Source: a candidate division FCPU426 bacterium | GTDB taxonomy: Bacteria; Oederibacteriota; Muellerivitia; Muellerivitales; Muellerivitaceae | Length of the DNA: 64,000 nucleotides | NCBI GenBank assembly: GCA_963796105.1 | Contig: CAWCKJ010000004.1 | Location: 1,408,001-1,472,000, forward strand | Reading direction: 5' to 3' | In this document: piece after piece, positions 51,735 through 61,978 of the stretch | Layout: every line of letters begins with the position of its first letter | Numbering within the stretch: position 1 is the first letter of the stretch | The notes under the pieces: model-generated | Databases searched by the model: none | What the model was told of the DNA's origin: nothing | Seen by the model: the letters and a program-made list of their open reading frames with translations, nothing else | Program-made: the position numbers and the translations under genes

Positions 51735-52178
51735 CTAAGGAAGCATGAGGTTGCCCGCTTTGTCCATCTTGAAATGCGGGTTCCAGGCCACTTCCCAAAG
51801 GTGCCCGTCCGGATCGGCGAAATAACCGCTATGTCCGCCCCAAAAGACGTCCTGGGCTGGCTTCACGATTTTCCCGCCTGCCTCTTCCGCTTGTTTCAAA
51901 ACAAGGGCAACATCCCTCTTTCGCTGGACGTTCTGGGCCAGGGTCACCCCCCTGAACCCGCTTCCCTTGGCGGGAACCAACGCGTCCTCTGCTAAAAGAG
52001 CGCGGGGATAAAGCGCAAGGATGGCTCCTTGGGTCTTAAAGAAGACGATGTCCCCCTTGCTGGACTTGGAGACAGGGAACCCCAGGCCCTTTCCGTAAAA
52101 ATGCCGGGATTTCCCAAGGTTGGAAACACCCAAGGTGACGATGTGGAACCTTGGTTTTATTTTCCCGGATTTAGCCAA
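51735..52178 (-). CDS. VOC/glyoxalase family protein
   Basis: HIVTLGVSNL..S..FY, FWGGHSGYFADPDGHLWEVAWNP; start uncertain (TTG 52178). Confidence 0.88.
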   Translation of the reverse strand: MAKSGKIKPRFHIVTLGVSNLGKSRHFYGKGLGFPVSKSSKGDIVFFKTQGAILALYPRALLAEDALVPAKGSGFRGVTLAQNVQRKRDVALVLKQAEEAGGKIVKPAQDVFWGGHSGYFADPDGHLWEVAWNPHFKMDKAGNLMLP

Positions 52179-52183
52179 GGGTT

Positions 52184-53455
52184 TTAAATCATCGACAAGT
52201 TCAGGTCCCCGCAAAGGTGATAAACCCCGCCCAGGGCCGGGTCCAGGATCATCTTGGACATCGTGACACAGAGATGGCCCGAGTTCATGGACAGGTAGGG
52301 CTCGGTCAAGTGGCTTGGCCGCTCGTTGGTCAAGGCGTAGAAATGCTCTTCTAGGGAATGGTCGGTCCCTTTTGGGGCCGGACGGAAAAGGAACCGCTTG
52401 CGGACTGGGATGCGGTACGGACTGCAGACGGTCTCGCTGACTTGGATTCCGCCCCCGTCCAGCAGGTACAGGCATTCGAGGGCGGGGTGCTCATCCAGGA
52501 CCAAATGGAATTCCTTCTCCAATGAAGCGACCGGCACGTCCTGGAGCCGGGTGTAGATGAACCCCGAAAGTTTTTGGCACCTGTTTCTCAAGCCCCAAGT
52601 TTGGTTGGCCCGCGATTCCAGGCGCCGTCGGAAACGGTGGGCCAGGAAAGAGATGCGGGCCTTCAAGCCTAGGGTGGAGTCGGAACCGCCCTTATCCTTT
52701 TGCGTGAAATATTTCCCCTGAATCAGGTCGGCCCCCAGTTCCAGGGCCGCCAGGGCGTCTTCCTCGTTGTTCATGCCGCCCGCCACGACGGCGATCCCCA
52801 ATTCGTGGGCCAATTTGAGCGTCTCAGAGAACTTAGCCCTGGTTTCGGCGTTGCGGGCCAGGCCCTGGGCGAAACTTTCCTCCAATTTCAGGAGGTCCGG
52901 GTTGAAGCGCCTGAGGTAATCCTGGTGGAGGGATCCACCTTGGACGTCGCTGGCCGAAATAAGGAACTCATGATCCCTTTGGAGCAGAATGAAGCGTTCG
53001 ACCATATTCGGGTCCAGGTTTTGCGATAGGGGGATTTGCACCACCACCTGACGCGGGTCCAATTTGAACTCTTCCACTTGGTGGCGGAAATAACCGGAAC
53101 CAACGGTACCTTCCCCTAAAATCGAGGGCTCGATGTCCAGGAAGTAAAGAAGGTCGGGGTTCTTGGTGCGGAAGGCGCTAAAACCTTCCAGCCCTTTGTG
53201 GCGGAAAAGGCGGTCCAATTCCAGCTTGGCCTGGAAATCCTCTTTTCCCATAACCCGGAACAGGTCCCTGGAATCGACCATTTCGAAACTAGCCGGGTCC
53301 AATGTCCGGTAGAGTGCCTCTAGGCCGATAATCCCCATTTTTTGGACCGAAAAAATGGGCTCGTAGAAAGCCGCTGCGTTATCAGCGGCCAGGATTTGGT
53401 GGGACTTGGACGCTTGTGATTCCGTCGGTTCCTTGAAAAGTATGTCGTTACTCAT
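52184..53455 (-). CDS. EAL-domain protein with YkuI-like C-terminal sensory domain (degenerate catalytic motifs)
   Basis: GLEALYR, PDLLKL, QGKYF; C-terminal YLLD..G.QVS.T...EPY.S. Confidence 0.82.
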   Translation of the reverse strand: MSNDILFKEPTESQASKSHQILAADNAAAFYEPIFSVQKMGIIGLEALYRTLDPASFEMVDSRDLFRVMGKEDFQAKLELDRLFRHKGLEGFSAFRTKNPDLLYFLDIEPSILGEGTVGSGYFRHQVEEFKLDPRQVVVQIPLSQNLDPNMVERFILLQRDHEFLISASDVQGGSLHQDYLRRFNPDLLKLEESFAQGLARNAETRAKFSETLKLAHELGIAVVAGGMNNEEDALAALELGADLIQGKYFTQKDKGGSDSTLGLKARISFLAHRFRRRLESRANQTWGLRNRCQKLSGFIYTRLQDVPVASLEKEFHLVLDEHPALECLYLLDGGGIQVSETVCSPYRIPVRKRFLFRPAPKGTDHSLEEHFYALTNERPSHLTEPYLSMNSGHLCVTMSKMILDPALGGVYHLCGDLNLSMI

Positions 53456-53530
53456 GACTTGCCTCCCCTTTTTTAAAAAAACTCCTTATCTCATTTGCAC
53501 GGCTTAATCATTAGGTTAAACGGTTAATAA

Positions 53531-53546
53531 AGCAAGGCCCGTGCCA
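53531..53546 (-). promoter_or_regulatory. sigma54 -24/-12 promoter for the EAL gene
   Basis: TGGCACGGGCCTTGCT on the minus strand. Confidence 0.82.
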
Positions 53547-54209
53547 AGATTTAATCTTTTGGAAACATTCAGGAAGTTGAAAAGTAAAAATCCGGCGCGA
53601 CAAGTTAAAATTTTCGGGACATCGGATCGATTTTAGCCGCGATGTTTTAGGATTTCATTTCATGGTTACTCTGGGTTACCACTTGGTAATCAAACGCGAG
53701 CTGACACAACTTGGACAAAATTGTAGTTTGGTTCTTTTTTTGGGGAGAAGTGATGGAAAATTTTAACGAATATAAACTTGAGAGACTCTGAAATATATAA
53801 ATCCAGATCGTGTTTCTTCGTAACCACAGGGCCGCGATTAAAAAGAAATTTAAGTTTTTTTCTTCTTGGATTTTCCCGAAAGGACCGTATGCCATGAGGT
53901 GGCCAACTGCTCGAGGGTGAAATCTTTCGCCCAACTGAAACCGCTTTCAAGCTCTTGCATGGAAAAACGGGCCTCCAGGGATTTCGCCAGGTTTACCATC
54001 CGGTCCTTTGTTTGCTGGCGGCAGGTGGGATGGGAAAGAACGATCATCAAAAGCCCGAGGGCCTTGCTAGTCTCGCCTTGGCACTTGAGCAGGCGGGCCA
54101 GGCTTGTCAGGGCGTCGGTGGAACGCGCCCTACAAGTTGGACAGTTGAAGCAAAAAATAGAGAATAGGGAAACGGCTCAAGGGGTAACCCCCCAAAGGAG
54201 CATTTCCAA

Positions 54210-54557
54210 ATGGGTAAAATAAGACGGAAGTTCAGTATTGATTTCAAAGAACAAGTCGTCCACGAGGTAGAAACTGGCCTATCGCTCAATGAAGCTGCTC
54301 GTCAATACCAGCTCAATCCAAGCGTTATAACCCGTTGGCGCGATAAATATCGCCAAGGAACCTTGGTTGAAAAACCTTCCCTTCACGAAAAAATATTGGA
54401 AAAAGAGAATGAGAAACTCAAAGCCAAGATTGGGGAATTGATCATGGCGATAGACCTTTTAAAAAAATTCCAAAAATACGCGGAAAACCAGAGAAAGCTC
54501 GATACCTCCGTGATCACCTCAAGGAATTTGGCTCAATTTCAAGAGGATGCCAAATGA
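54210..54557 (+). CDS. IS3 OrfA (HTH)
   Basis: RRKFS.DFK...AARQY.L....I.RW; A7 slippery run at 54461-54467. Confidence 0.9.
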   Translation: MGKIRRKFSIDFKEQVVHEVETGLSLNEAARQYQLNPSVITRWRDKYRQGTLVEKPSLHEKILEKENEKLKAKIGELIMAIDLLKKFQKYAENQRKLDTSVITSRNLAQFQEDAK

Positions 54558-55390
54558 TGGGGCTTCCTCGAAGTACCTATTATTCTGCACTTAAAAGTGA
54601 ACCGGAGATTCAGGAACAAAGAGATTTGGACTTAAAGAACCGAATCGAGCAGGTGAGATTGACCTTCCCCTACTACGGCTATCGGAGGCTCTACCACCAC
54701 TTTTTACGGGAGGGATTAAGGATTAACGCCAAACGGATTCGGCGGGTGGTAAGGAAATACGGTCTTTACCCTATTATTTGGGGGAAAAGGTTCAAGATCC
54801 AAACCACCCAATCCAATCACGACCTGCCGGTGTTCCCCAACCTCTTGGAAAGGGTGGCAGAAACTGCTGTCAATCAAGTGTGGGTGGCGGATATTACCTA
54901 TATCCGAATCCTCACTTGCTTTGTTTATCTGGCGGCCATTCTGGATCGTTTTTCCAGAAAGGTGATCGGGTGGGCGGTTTCCAAGAGACTGGATCGGGAG
55001 TTGTCGCTTTCGGCTTTACGCATGGCTTTAGAGGAAAGGAATCCTCTTCCGGGATGCATCCACCATTCAGACAGAGGGGTGCAATATGCCTGCTGGGATT
55101 ACGTGGCCCTGCTTGAGTCCAAAGGATTAAGGATCAGCATGTCCAGGACAGGCAACCCTTACGACAATGCAAATGCGGAATCCTTTTTCAAAACCTTGAA
55201 ATATGAGGAGGTGCATCTATTCAATTACGAAACTTATCAGGAAGTGCTTCAAAGACTTCCATACTTCATCGAGGAGGTGTATAACAAAAAACGGTTGCAT
55301 TCTTCTATCGGCTACATGCCGCCTGAGGAGTTCGAGGCTTTAAAGTCACTCAAACCAATCGCCGGAAAACCTATTCTCAACTTGGAGTAA
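54554..55390 (+). CDS. IS3 OrfB DDE transposase
   Basis: WVADITY, HHSDRGVQY, DNANAESFFKTLK, YN..RLHS. Confidence 0.93.
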   Translation: MMGLPRSTYYSALKSEPEIQEQRDLDLKNRIEQVRLTFPYYGYRRLYHHFLREGLRINAKRIRRVVRKYGLYPIIWGKRFKIQTTQSNHDLPVFPNLLERVAETAVNQVWVADITYIRILTCFVYLAAILDRFSRKVIGWAVSKRLDRELSLSALRMALEERNPLPGCIHHSDRGVQYACWDYVALLESKGLRISMSRTGNPYDNANAESFFKTLKYEEVHLFNYETYQEVLQRLPYFIEEVYNKKRLHSSIGYMPPEEFEALKSLKPIAGKPILNLE

Positions 55391-56489
55391 AAACTGTCCA
55401 AGGTTTGGGGCGCACACCACGGCCAAGAGGGGCTTGCATTGGGTGGGAATCACCAGACGGGCGCACTCGATAAAATATTTTTCGGCGGACGCGTAATCTT
55501 TCTCGTCACAGGCGATCTCGACCAAATGGGTGAGGGTCGCCACTACCCCCAAAATATCCTTTATGTGCCTGAATATACGCAGGGCATTCAGGAAACCCTC
55601 GCGCGCGGGAATTAAACGGACGCGAAAAAGTTCCACTGCCGCCAGGTGGTACTGGTTCCAAGCGTCGCCCTCGGGGCTTTCGCCTAATTCCCTCGCCATG
55701 TCATAGGCGTCGCGGTGGCACTTTTCCGCCTCCTGGTCCCGGCCCTGGGCCAGGTGGAGGTTGCCCAGCATGTCCATCACCCAGGCCTGGCCCGGCACAT
55801 CCTTCTTCACCATGAAATCCTGGAAGGCTTCCCCCAAAAGTTCCTGGGCGCGCGGGTAATCCCCCTCGGCCCAAGCCACATTCCCCAAATAGGATTTACA
55901 ACGGGCGGTGCCTAAGGGATCGGTCAATTGCTGGTAAAGGCCCAGGCTTTCCCGGTAGGTATCTCCGGCATGGTCATATTCCCCCATGAGTTCCAAAACC
56001 CGCCCCAGCTTCAGGAGGCAAAGGGCGGTTCCGGGGGTATCCGAAGCTGACCGGTAATTTTTCAAGGCCCCTTCCAAATAGACCCTAGCAGGGCCCAATT
56101 GGGCCGCGGTAAGGCAGGCCTCACCCCGCTTATATTGGGCGTCAGCCTTTTTATCCAGGCTTTGGACGGCCTTTTTGGATTTTGAATTCGATTTACGCAA
56201 ATGACACCTTCTTGACGGATCAGGTATTTAGACGAAATTCCAGGATCGTCTGACCCGCTGACTGGTTGTTAAATGGGTGGTGACGGTGGATCATGCTATT
56301 TGAAAGACTAGGGGAGTTTCCTGGAGGCATCCGAAGAAACGACGTTAATTAAATTATATCACTACTCAATTTTCCTGATCTTTCATGGTACCGGGAGACG
56401 AGAAATCCCTCTCAAATAACGAAATCAATCAACGAACCAGCCAGGAAGGAAAAAAACAAAAACCCAGAAATTTTAAAATGGGGGGGTAA

Positions 56490-57272
56490 TTATTTCAGCA
56501 ATTGGGGTTGATTCTTGGCTACTACTTTTTGCAGGAAATCCGCGACCTCCAATATGGAATCACGGGTGATCTGGTGTCCCATCGGGAACTCCCTTAAAAC
56601 CGGGCGGTACCCGGCCTTCCTCAGCGCGTCCACCGCCTCATGGGCGCGGGCCACAGGGACAATGGCGTCGTCGGTTCCGTGAACCAAAAGGATGGGTGTC
56701 ATAAAGAAGGCCCTGTGATTCGCCAGGGTCTTCTTCGGCTCTCCCATATAACCGCTCATGGAAACGATCGCCTCGATTTTACCCTTGTAGTTCAACCCCG
56801 CCTCCAGGGACATGACACCGCCTTGGGAAAAGCCCATGATAATCACGGGTCTGGGTTTTTTGGCTTTCAATGGTATGGGGGCCTTTGAATCCCTCCCTGA
56901 AAAATGGTCCATGACCTCGAATAGGTAATCCCGGCTGTTCTCGATATCCGCGCGGCTTTGGGTAGCCATGTCGTACCAGGCATGGGCGGTTTGACTCTCG
57001 GGAAGGGGAAGGGGAGCGTCCGGCAGGACCATCCGGCAGTAGGGAAGGTGGAGCTCGTCGCATAGGGGAAGCAGGTCATTCGCGTTGGCTCCCAAGCCGT
57101 GAAGGATCAGAACCACAGGCGCGTCAGGGGAAAGATGGGCCGGTTCCGAGACCAGGCAGCGGTGGTTTTGGACATTTACGTATGAAACGGGGTTTTCCCC
57201 CATGACCGGGTGTGCGGGTAAAAATATCCACATCAATATCAACGGCTTAATCACCCCGGAAATCCGACTCAA
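56490..57272 (-). CDS. Phospholipase/carboxylesterase (alpha/beta hydrolase)
   Basis: LHGLG, AWYD, GFSQGG, HGTDD, MGHQI. Confidence 0.9.
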   Translation of the reverse strand: MSRISGVIKPLILMWIFLPAHPVMGENPVSYVNVQNHRCLVSEPAHLSPDAPVVLILHGLGANANDLLPLCDELHLPYCRMVLPDAPLPLPESQTAHAWYDMATQSRADIENSRDYLFEVMDHFSGRDSKAPIPLKAKKPRPVIIMGFSQGGVMSLEAGLNYKGKIEAIVSMSGYMGEPKKTLANHRAFFMTPILLVHGTDDAIVPVARAHEAVDALRKAGYRPVLREFPMGHQITRDSILEVADFLQKVVAKNQPQLLK

Positions 57273-57355
57273 ATTTTTCCTCCGGAACCCCCAAAAAAGA
57301 AAAACGGGTTTACGACTAATTCCGCGTAATTGGGACTCGGTGAGGTTTTACCGGC

Positions 57356-57451
57356 TGTCAAGGCCCCGGGCTTGCCCGGGAGCCTAGCCGTGTACTTGGG
57401 CGGGGTTCCATGCCCCGCCCAAGTGGCGACCCGAAGGGTCGTCCCTTGACA
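57356..57451. mobile_element. 96-bp highly structured element with terminal inverted repeat
   Basis: TGTCAAGG...CCTTGACA enclosing three hairpins, one being CCCGGGCTTGCCCGGG, similar to the 7287 element. Confidence 0.55.
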
Positions 57452-57471
57452 AATAAATACAGCGAAAAAAG

Positions 57472-58479
57472 CTACAAATTGAAGTTCAGCCCGACGTTGA
57501 GCGGGAACTCGATAAAGGTATAACCGGGTACCGGTACTTGTTCGGTGAAACCCATCACGGTCTCGGTCAGGGTGGATCCGCCCACGAGGATGATATTGAA
57601 TTTTCCCTCGGCGAAAAAGTTCATGTTGGGGCCCGCCGGCATTTGAATACCACCGCCCAACTGGACCATGGGGGCGAAAGAGGAGGTCGATGGGATATCG
57701 ATACCTTCATTCAAAATGCCGGTCATGGTGACCGAACCTGAGGTGCTTACCTGGGAAAAACCCAATCCGCCCATGAGATAGGGTTGGATGTTATCACCCC
57801 CCAGCTTGTACTTACCCCCGACTGCGACCTCGATGTCGTTTTGGCTGTTTTTGACGGTGATACTCTCACCATAACCCGAAGCGGTGGGGGAAGTGCTGGA
57901 GGAACTGAAGGTGTAATATGAAACGTTTCCCCCGATCAGGATTTTATCGCCCATTGGGAAATAAATCCCGGCTCCACCCCCGAATCCCGCGCCATATCCA
58001 CCCCCCGATATATCGGAAGTATAGGCGGCGGGCACGCCGTAAGCTCCATTGTTACTCAAGGCGAAATTCAATCCCACCATGATATCCAACTCGGGTCTGC
58101 CAGTTCCCGCAGGGGAGGAAGCTGATGGGGTGGATTCATTGGTAGCCGGGGCGGATGTTCCGGTTTTAGCCCGCAAAGTATTCGCAAAATTCGCCAACTG
58201 GGCATTGCTGGGATCCAAGGCCAGGGCTTTATCAAAGGCCGCAAGGGCGTCGCTCGTCTTGCCTTGCTGGTAATAGCTGCTGCCCAATCCCTGGTAAGCG
58301 GGGGAGGACTTGGGGTCCAATTGGGCCGCGGCCTGGTAATACTGGACTGCCTTGGCGTAATCCTTCGCGGCGTAAGTTTGGTTCCCCGCTGCGAGGTATT
58401 GTGCCGCCGTTTGGCAGAGAGCCGTGCTGGCCAATCCAATTGAAACCAAAAGGGACAAGAATAAACCCAGAAATTTCAT
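57472..58479 (-). CDS. Secreted TPR + outer-membrane beta-barrel protein
   Basis: Signal peptide, TPRs (ALDP), then QPY..GGLG / QLGGG / FAEGKF amphipathic strands. Confidence 0.75.
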   Translation of the reverse strand: MKFLGLFLSLLVSIGLASTALCQTAAQYLAAGNQTYAAKDYAKAVQYYQAAAQLDPKSSPAYQGLGSSYYQQGKTSDALAAFDKALALDPSNAQLANFANTLRAKTGTSAPATNESTPSASSPAGTGRPELDIMVGLNFALSNNGAYGVPAAYTSDISGGGYGAGFGGGAGIYFPMGDKILIGGNVSYYTFSSSSTSPTASGYGESITVKNSQNDIEVAVGGKYKLGGDNIQPYLMGGLGFSQVSTSGSVTMTGILNEGIDIPSTSSFAPMVQLGGGIQMPAGPNMNFFAEGKFNIILVGGSTLTETVMGFTEQVPVPGYTFIEFPLNVGLNFNL

Positions 58480-58707
58480 GCTGATCTCCTTGACGAAAAT
58501 TTTTAAAGTTCTTCCCGTTAACGGCAATGAAAGGGAAGGGAACGCCTAAGGATAAATATTGGAACTTCCAAAATAAACTTAACGGGAAAACTTCGCGAAA
58601 TTTCCGTTCATTATATTGTTTAACTCCCTCTTTTCCACTTTGATTTACTTCCCGGTTTAAGACTCAAGCCTTAATCCATGAGGTTTTTTACGGAAAATGA
58701 AATGGGA

Positions 58708-59424
58708 TCAGTATGGCGCCGAGGCCACGTCATTGACGATGACGCAGGATGAAGTTTGGGCGCCGGGAAAAGCCGAATTCTTGAATTGAACGATATGGAG
58801 GTTCACCCCGATGTTTCCTGCTCCCGGTGTTTCGCTCCCGGAAAAAGCGCTGTTGGGAACGACATAGGGATTGCTGGGGATCGGGGGACCAATCACGGAA
58901 ATGGGCTGGGCCGACCCATTGGTAAGATCAATAAAATTGGCGTTTCCCACTCCGGTGGACCAGGAGCAGGTGACCCCCGCCGACCCACTTGAGGGCTGGA
59001 TGATGGGATTGCCCCCGATGGCCGTGACGGTCGAGGAATAGACGGTGCCGCCGACATCAACGCTGAAAGTGTAGGTTTGTCCCGCCGAATAAGTGATTGA
59101 ATTGGTGTATAAGCCGCCAGTGATATTGGGCGCTCCCAACAAAGTAATGGAGCCTGAAGGGCCGTTAGCGAAGAATGTCAGGGGAATGGAACTTCCGTTA
59201 TTGACGAGGGTAACGGAGGTATTGGCCGTTCCTGAATTGCCGGAACTATCAGATACGATCACTGACAGGAAACCGCCGACTCCATTCTCACCCAGCTCGG
59301 TCACGATGATTGGCCCGTTGTTAGCGGCGGGGGTAGCGGGGTTTTTACTCGAACTGCAAGCCTGGAACATCATAGTCATCACGGCCGGAATCAGGAAATA
59401 CCCTAAGCTTTTTTTCAACCGCAT
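58708..59424 (-). CDS. Hypothetical lipoprotein
   Basis: Lipobox FQAC; beta-rich mature region. Confidence 0.7.
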   Translation of the reverse strand: MRLKKSLGYFLIPAVMTMMFQACSSSKNPATPAANNGPIIVTELGENGVGGFLSVIVSDSSGNSGTANTSVTLVNNGSSIPLTFFANGPSGSITLLGAPNITGGLYTNSITYSAGQTYTFSVDVGGTVYSSTVTAIGGNPIIQPSSGSAGVTCSWSTGVGNANFIDLTNGSAQPISVIGPPIPSNPYVVPNSAFSGSETPGAGNIGVNLHIVQFKNSAFPGAQTSSCVIVNDVASAPY

Positions 59425-59517
59425 GAAACCCCCCCTGAAAATTCTTCTGTAAGACTTATAAGTACTTACTCCATTGTGGAAAGAGGTATTAAACCTTTTG
59501 ATTTTGGAATATTGCTA

Positions 59518-59558
59518 TTCTGTGCCTCTGTGAGCTGCCGTGGGCAGCCTGTGGTGAA
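59518..59558 (-). repeat. Variable-stem REP-like element
   Basis: Minus strand TTCACCACAG-GCTGCC-CAC-GGCAGC-TCACAGAGGCACAGAA. Confidence 0.65.
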
Positions 59559-59570
59559 AACCTTTTTGTA

Positions 59571-61901
59571 TTATATCCCGATATTCATGCCGACGATGAA
59601 GCTTTGGGAGGCCAGGTCCAGGCGGCCCATTTCCGAGCGGTAGTTGAGATAGGTGAAGGTCCTGTCGCTCCAGCGCAGGTTCAAGCCCACCTCCAGGAGC
59701 GCCCAATCCCGTCCGAGGTTGGGCCCCACGGTGGGATAGGTAAAAGTCAGTCCGGAGGTATCCAGCCCCGCCTTCAGGGAATCCAAGCCCATCATATATT
59801 CATGCTTCCAGGCGGCGCACAGGCTGGGAACCAGTTCCAATCCTCCCGTCTTCCAATTGCCCGATACCTTCAAACCCCATTCCCCCACCCGGGATTCCTC
59901 GTTCTGGTCCGTTGTCCCATCCGAAAATATCGGCCCAATCTCCTTGACCGGCAATAGTTCCACGTCGCTTTCGTGGACCGCGCCATAGGGGGTGAAAGTA
60001 AGGGTTCCCACCTTAAGGTCATAGCCCGCGCCAAGGGACAGGGCGGACTCGATGCCCTGTGTGTTCGCCCCCAGGGTTTCATCGAACCCCATCCGCTGAA
60101 GGTTGTAGAAATTAAGCCCCAGGGCCGCCACCAGGTCCATGTGAAAATCACTGGGGAACCAAGTGACGAATAGTCCCGCCCGTCCGCCGTCCACTTTCCC
60201 GGTTCCTGCCCCATCCAGGGTGATATCCGTATGGCTGTAGCCAAAGACGGCGCCCATGACGACATTTTTCTCAGATCGGTAGTCCAGTTCGCCGAGGGTG
60301 AAATCATTCGTGCTGAAATCATAGCCTTGGGCGTTGGTGTCGCTTCGCACTTGGACCGACTGGCTTTCGGCGGATAGGAAATCGCTGTGTCCGTTGTCCC
60401 CTGGCCCGTCGGGGCCCATGTAATCCCGGTCCGAGAACCCCGCGGCGGCGAGAAGCCCCCCGGTCCTCAGGAAGCCCGGGCCGAAGGAACCGGGATTGGG
60501 CAGCCTCCTCGCGTCATCCCGCAGTTCGGCCAGCCGGCCTCCGATGCCGGAAACCAGCCCGTCCATTTCCTCGAAACCAGCCCGGTAAAAAGCGGTCCAG
60601 GGCTCCATCGTGGCCTGGTCGTAGGCATGGGCGTAACCGGATGTGGGAAGGGCAATGAGACCGGTGATGATGCCGTTTAAGCCTTGGGAAATGTAATCCT
60701 GGTCCAAGTCATTTGCGAAAGCCAATTCGTTCGGGGTAACAGCGTATTGGGAAAAAGATTTCGGGATTACTTGCAGGACCACTGAAGTGGGGAAAATTTC
60801 AAGACGGGGGCGGGTGGTGGCGAACATATCCGGATAGGGGCCGTAGGGCAAGAATGAAATTCCCGGATTGACGCTTTGGGCGGTGAGGATGGTGAAGGTA
60901 TCCCCGATATGGGGCTGGTAGCCGTTGACGGCGTAAAACCCGAAGGTGCCATTGAGGGTGGCAGCCCCCGAGACCCGCAGGGTGTCATATTGTCCGGCGC
61001 CGGTGCCTCCTAAATTCAGGAAGGTATAGCCCCAATAATCCTCGGTATAGTTCCCTTGGATGCGGATGGTGGTGGGGATTCCGCCGCCAGCTAGTATCCC
61101 ATTGTTATAAACCGACCCGGTTCCCAGGGCGTTGGGATTGGCCACGTCCAATTCGGCTCCCAGGATCGATGTGCCGCCAGAGTAGGTATTGCCGCCTGAG
61201 AGAACCAGTTTTCCCCCGCTCACGCAGAGGGTGCCGCCTGTACCTCCTCCCAGGCCGCCGTCCGCAATTACGCCCGAGACCGTGGCCGCCTCAGCAGTGA
61301 CCGTCAGGGCCTTGGAACCCAGGTAGAAATCGCCCGCTCCGCCGATGGAACCCACCGTCATTCCCGCGGAAGTCAACTGGCTGATGTCGAATTGGGCCCC
61401 TGCGTTCACGGTGAATTTTGAGTCACCCCCGTTGGAGGTGTCGTAAAAAACGAACTGGCCGCCGCTGTCGGCGGTAAATATATGGGTGCCGTAGAGTCCC
61501 GCGCTGGAGGAATTATGGAATTCAACAATTCCGTCACCGCCGATGGTGAGGGTGCCGCCCTGGCTGTAGGTCAAGCCCGATCCCCAGAAACTCAGGGTGT
61601 GGCCATTAGTCGAGATGCTGTAGTCGGTGGAGGAGGGATAGTCCTCCACCAGCGATCCCAGGGAAACGTCGGCGCTGAGACTGAGGTTGGTGACACTTGA
61701 GCTTGAAAGGGTAGCGCTGGCGGTAGTGGAATCAGGGACCGTGGCGGGGCTCCAATTGGTTGCCGTGTTCCAGTCGCTGGTACTTGGATTTGTGGCCCAG
61801 GTCTGGGCCATGGAGAATGCCGGGATGAGCCAGCTCAAGGCCGCAAATGATACCAGGACGAACCAACCTGAAACCGCTGAACGCCTCTTGTAACAGGACA
61901 T
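59571..61901 (-). CDS. Autotransporter with beta-helical passenger
   Basis: DWNTATNW, LSGGNTYSGGT passenger repeat, C-terminal beta-barrel strands. Confidence 0.85.
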   Translation of the reverse strand: MSCYKRRSAVSGWFVLVSFAALSWLIPAFSMAQTWATNPSTSDWNTATNWSPATVPDSTTASATLSSSSVTNLSLSADVSLGSLVEDYPSSTDYSISTNGHTLSFWGSGLTYSQGGTLTIGGDGIVEFHNSSSAGLYGTHIFTADSGGQFVFYDTSNGGDSKFTVNAGAQFDISQLTSAGMTVGSIGGAGDFYLGSKALTVTAEAATVSGVIADGGLGGGTGGTLCVSGGKLVLSGGNTYSGGTSILGAELDVANPNALGTGSVYNNGILAGGGIPTTIRIQGNYTEDYWGYTFLNLGGTGAGQYDTLRVSGAATLNGTFGFYAVNGYQPHIGDTFTILTAQSVNPGISFLPYGPYPDMFATTRPRLEIFPTSVVLQVIPKSFSQYAVTPNELAFANDLDQDYISQGLNGIITGLIALPTSGYAHAYDQATMEPWTAFYRAGFEEMDGLVSGIGGRLAELRDDARRLPNPGSFGPGFLRTGGLLAAAGFSDRDYMGPDGPGDNGHSDFLSAESQSVQVRSDTNAQGYDFSTNDFTLGELDYRSEKNVVMGAVFGYSHTDITLDGAGTGKVDGGRAGLFVTWFPSDFHMDLVAALGLNFYNLQRMGFDETLGANTQGIESALSLGAGYDLKVGTLTFTPYGAVHESDVELLPVKEIGPIFSDGTTDQNEESRVGEWGLKVSGNWKTGGLELVPSLCAAWKHEYMMGLDSLKAGLDTSGLTFTYPTVGPNLGRDWALLEVGLNLRWSDRTFTYLNYRSEMGRLDLASQSFIVGMNIGI

Positions 61902-61978
61902 TAATAGATCTCCGACAAAATATTACGGCAATAGACTGATTTAAACCAATTAATTCCATCCAGCTTTAAAAGTGGTTT

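Larger units (their letters stand above)
54119..55419 (+). mobile_element. IS3-family insertion sequence (1301 bp)
   Basis: TG...CA ends, imperfect IRs TGGAACGCGCCCTACAAGTTGGACAGTT / TGGTGTGCGCCCCAAACCTTGGACAGTT, CGG target duplication. Confidence 0.93.
53850..56200 (-). pseudogene. TPR protein split by an IS3 insertion
   Basis: TPR repeats to ...CKPLLA at 55420, continuing in frame DALTSLARLL...KSKKKKT* at 54118-53850 once the IS and one CGG are removed. Confidence 0.88.

Noticed and set aside
57356..57451. tRNA gene
   Set aside because: Cloverleaf-like, but lacks T-loop and D-loop consensus and CCA, and the arm sizes are wrong
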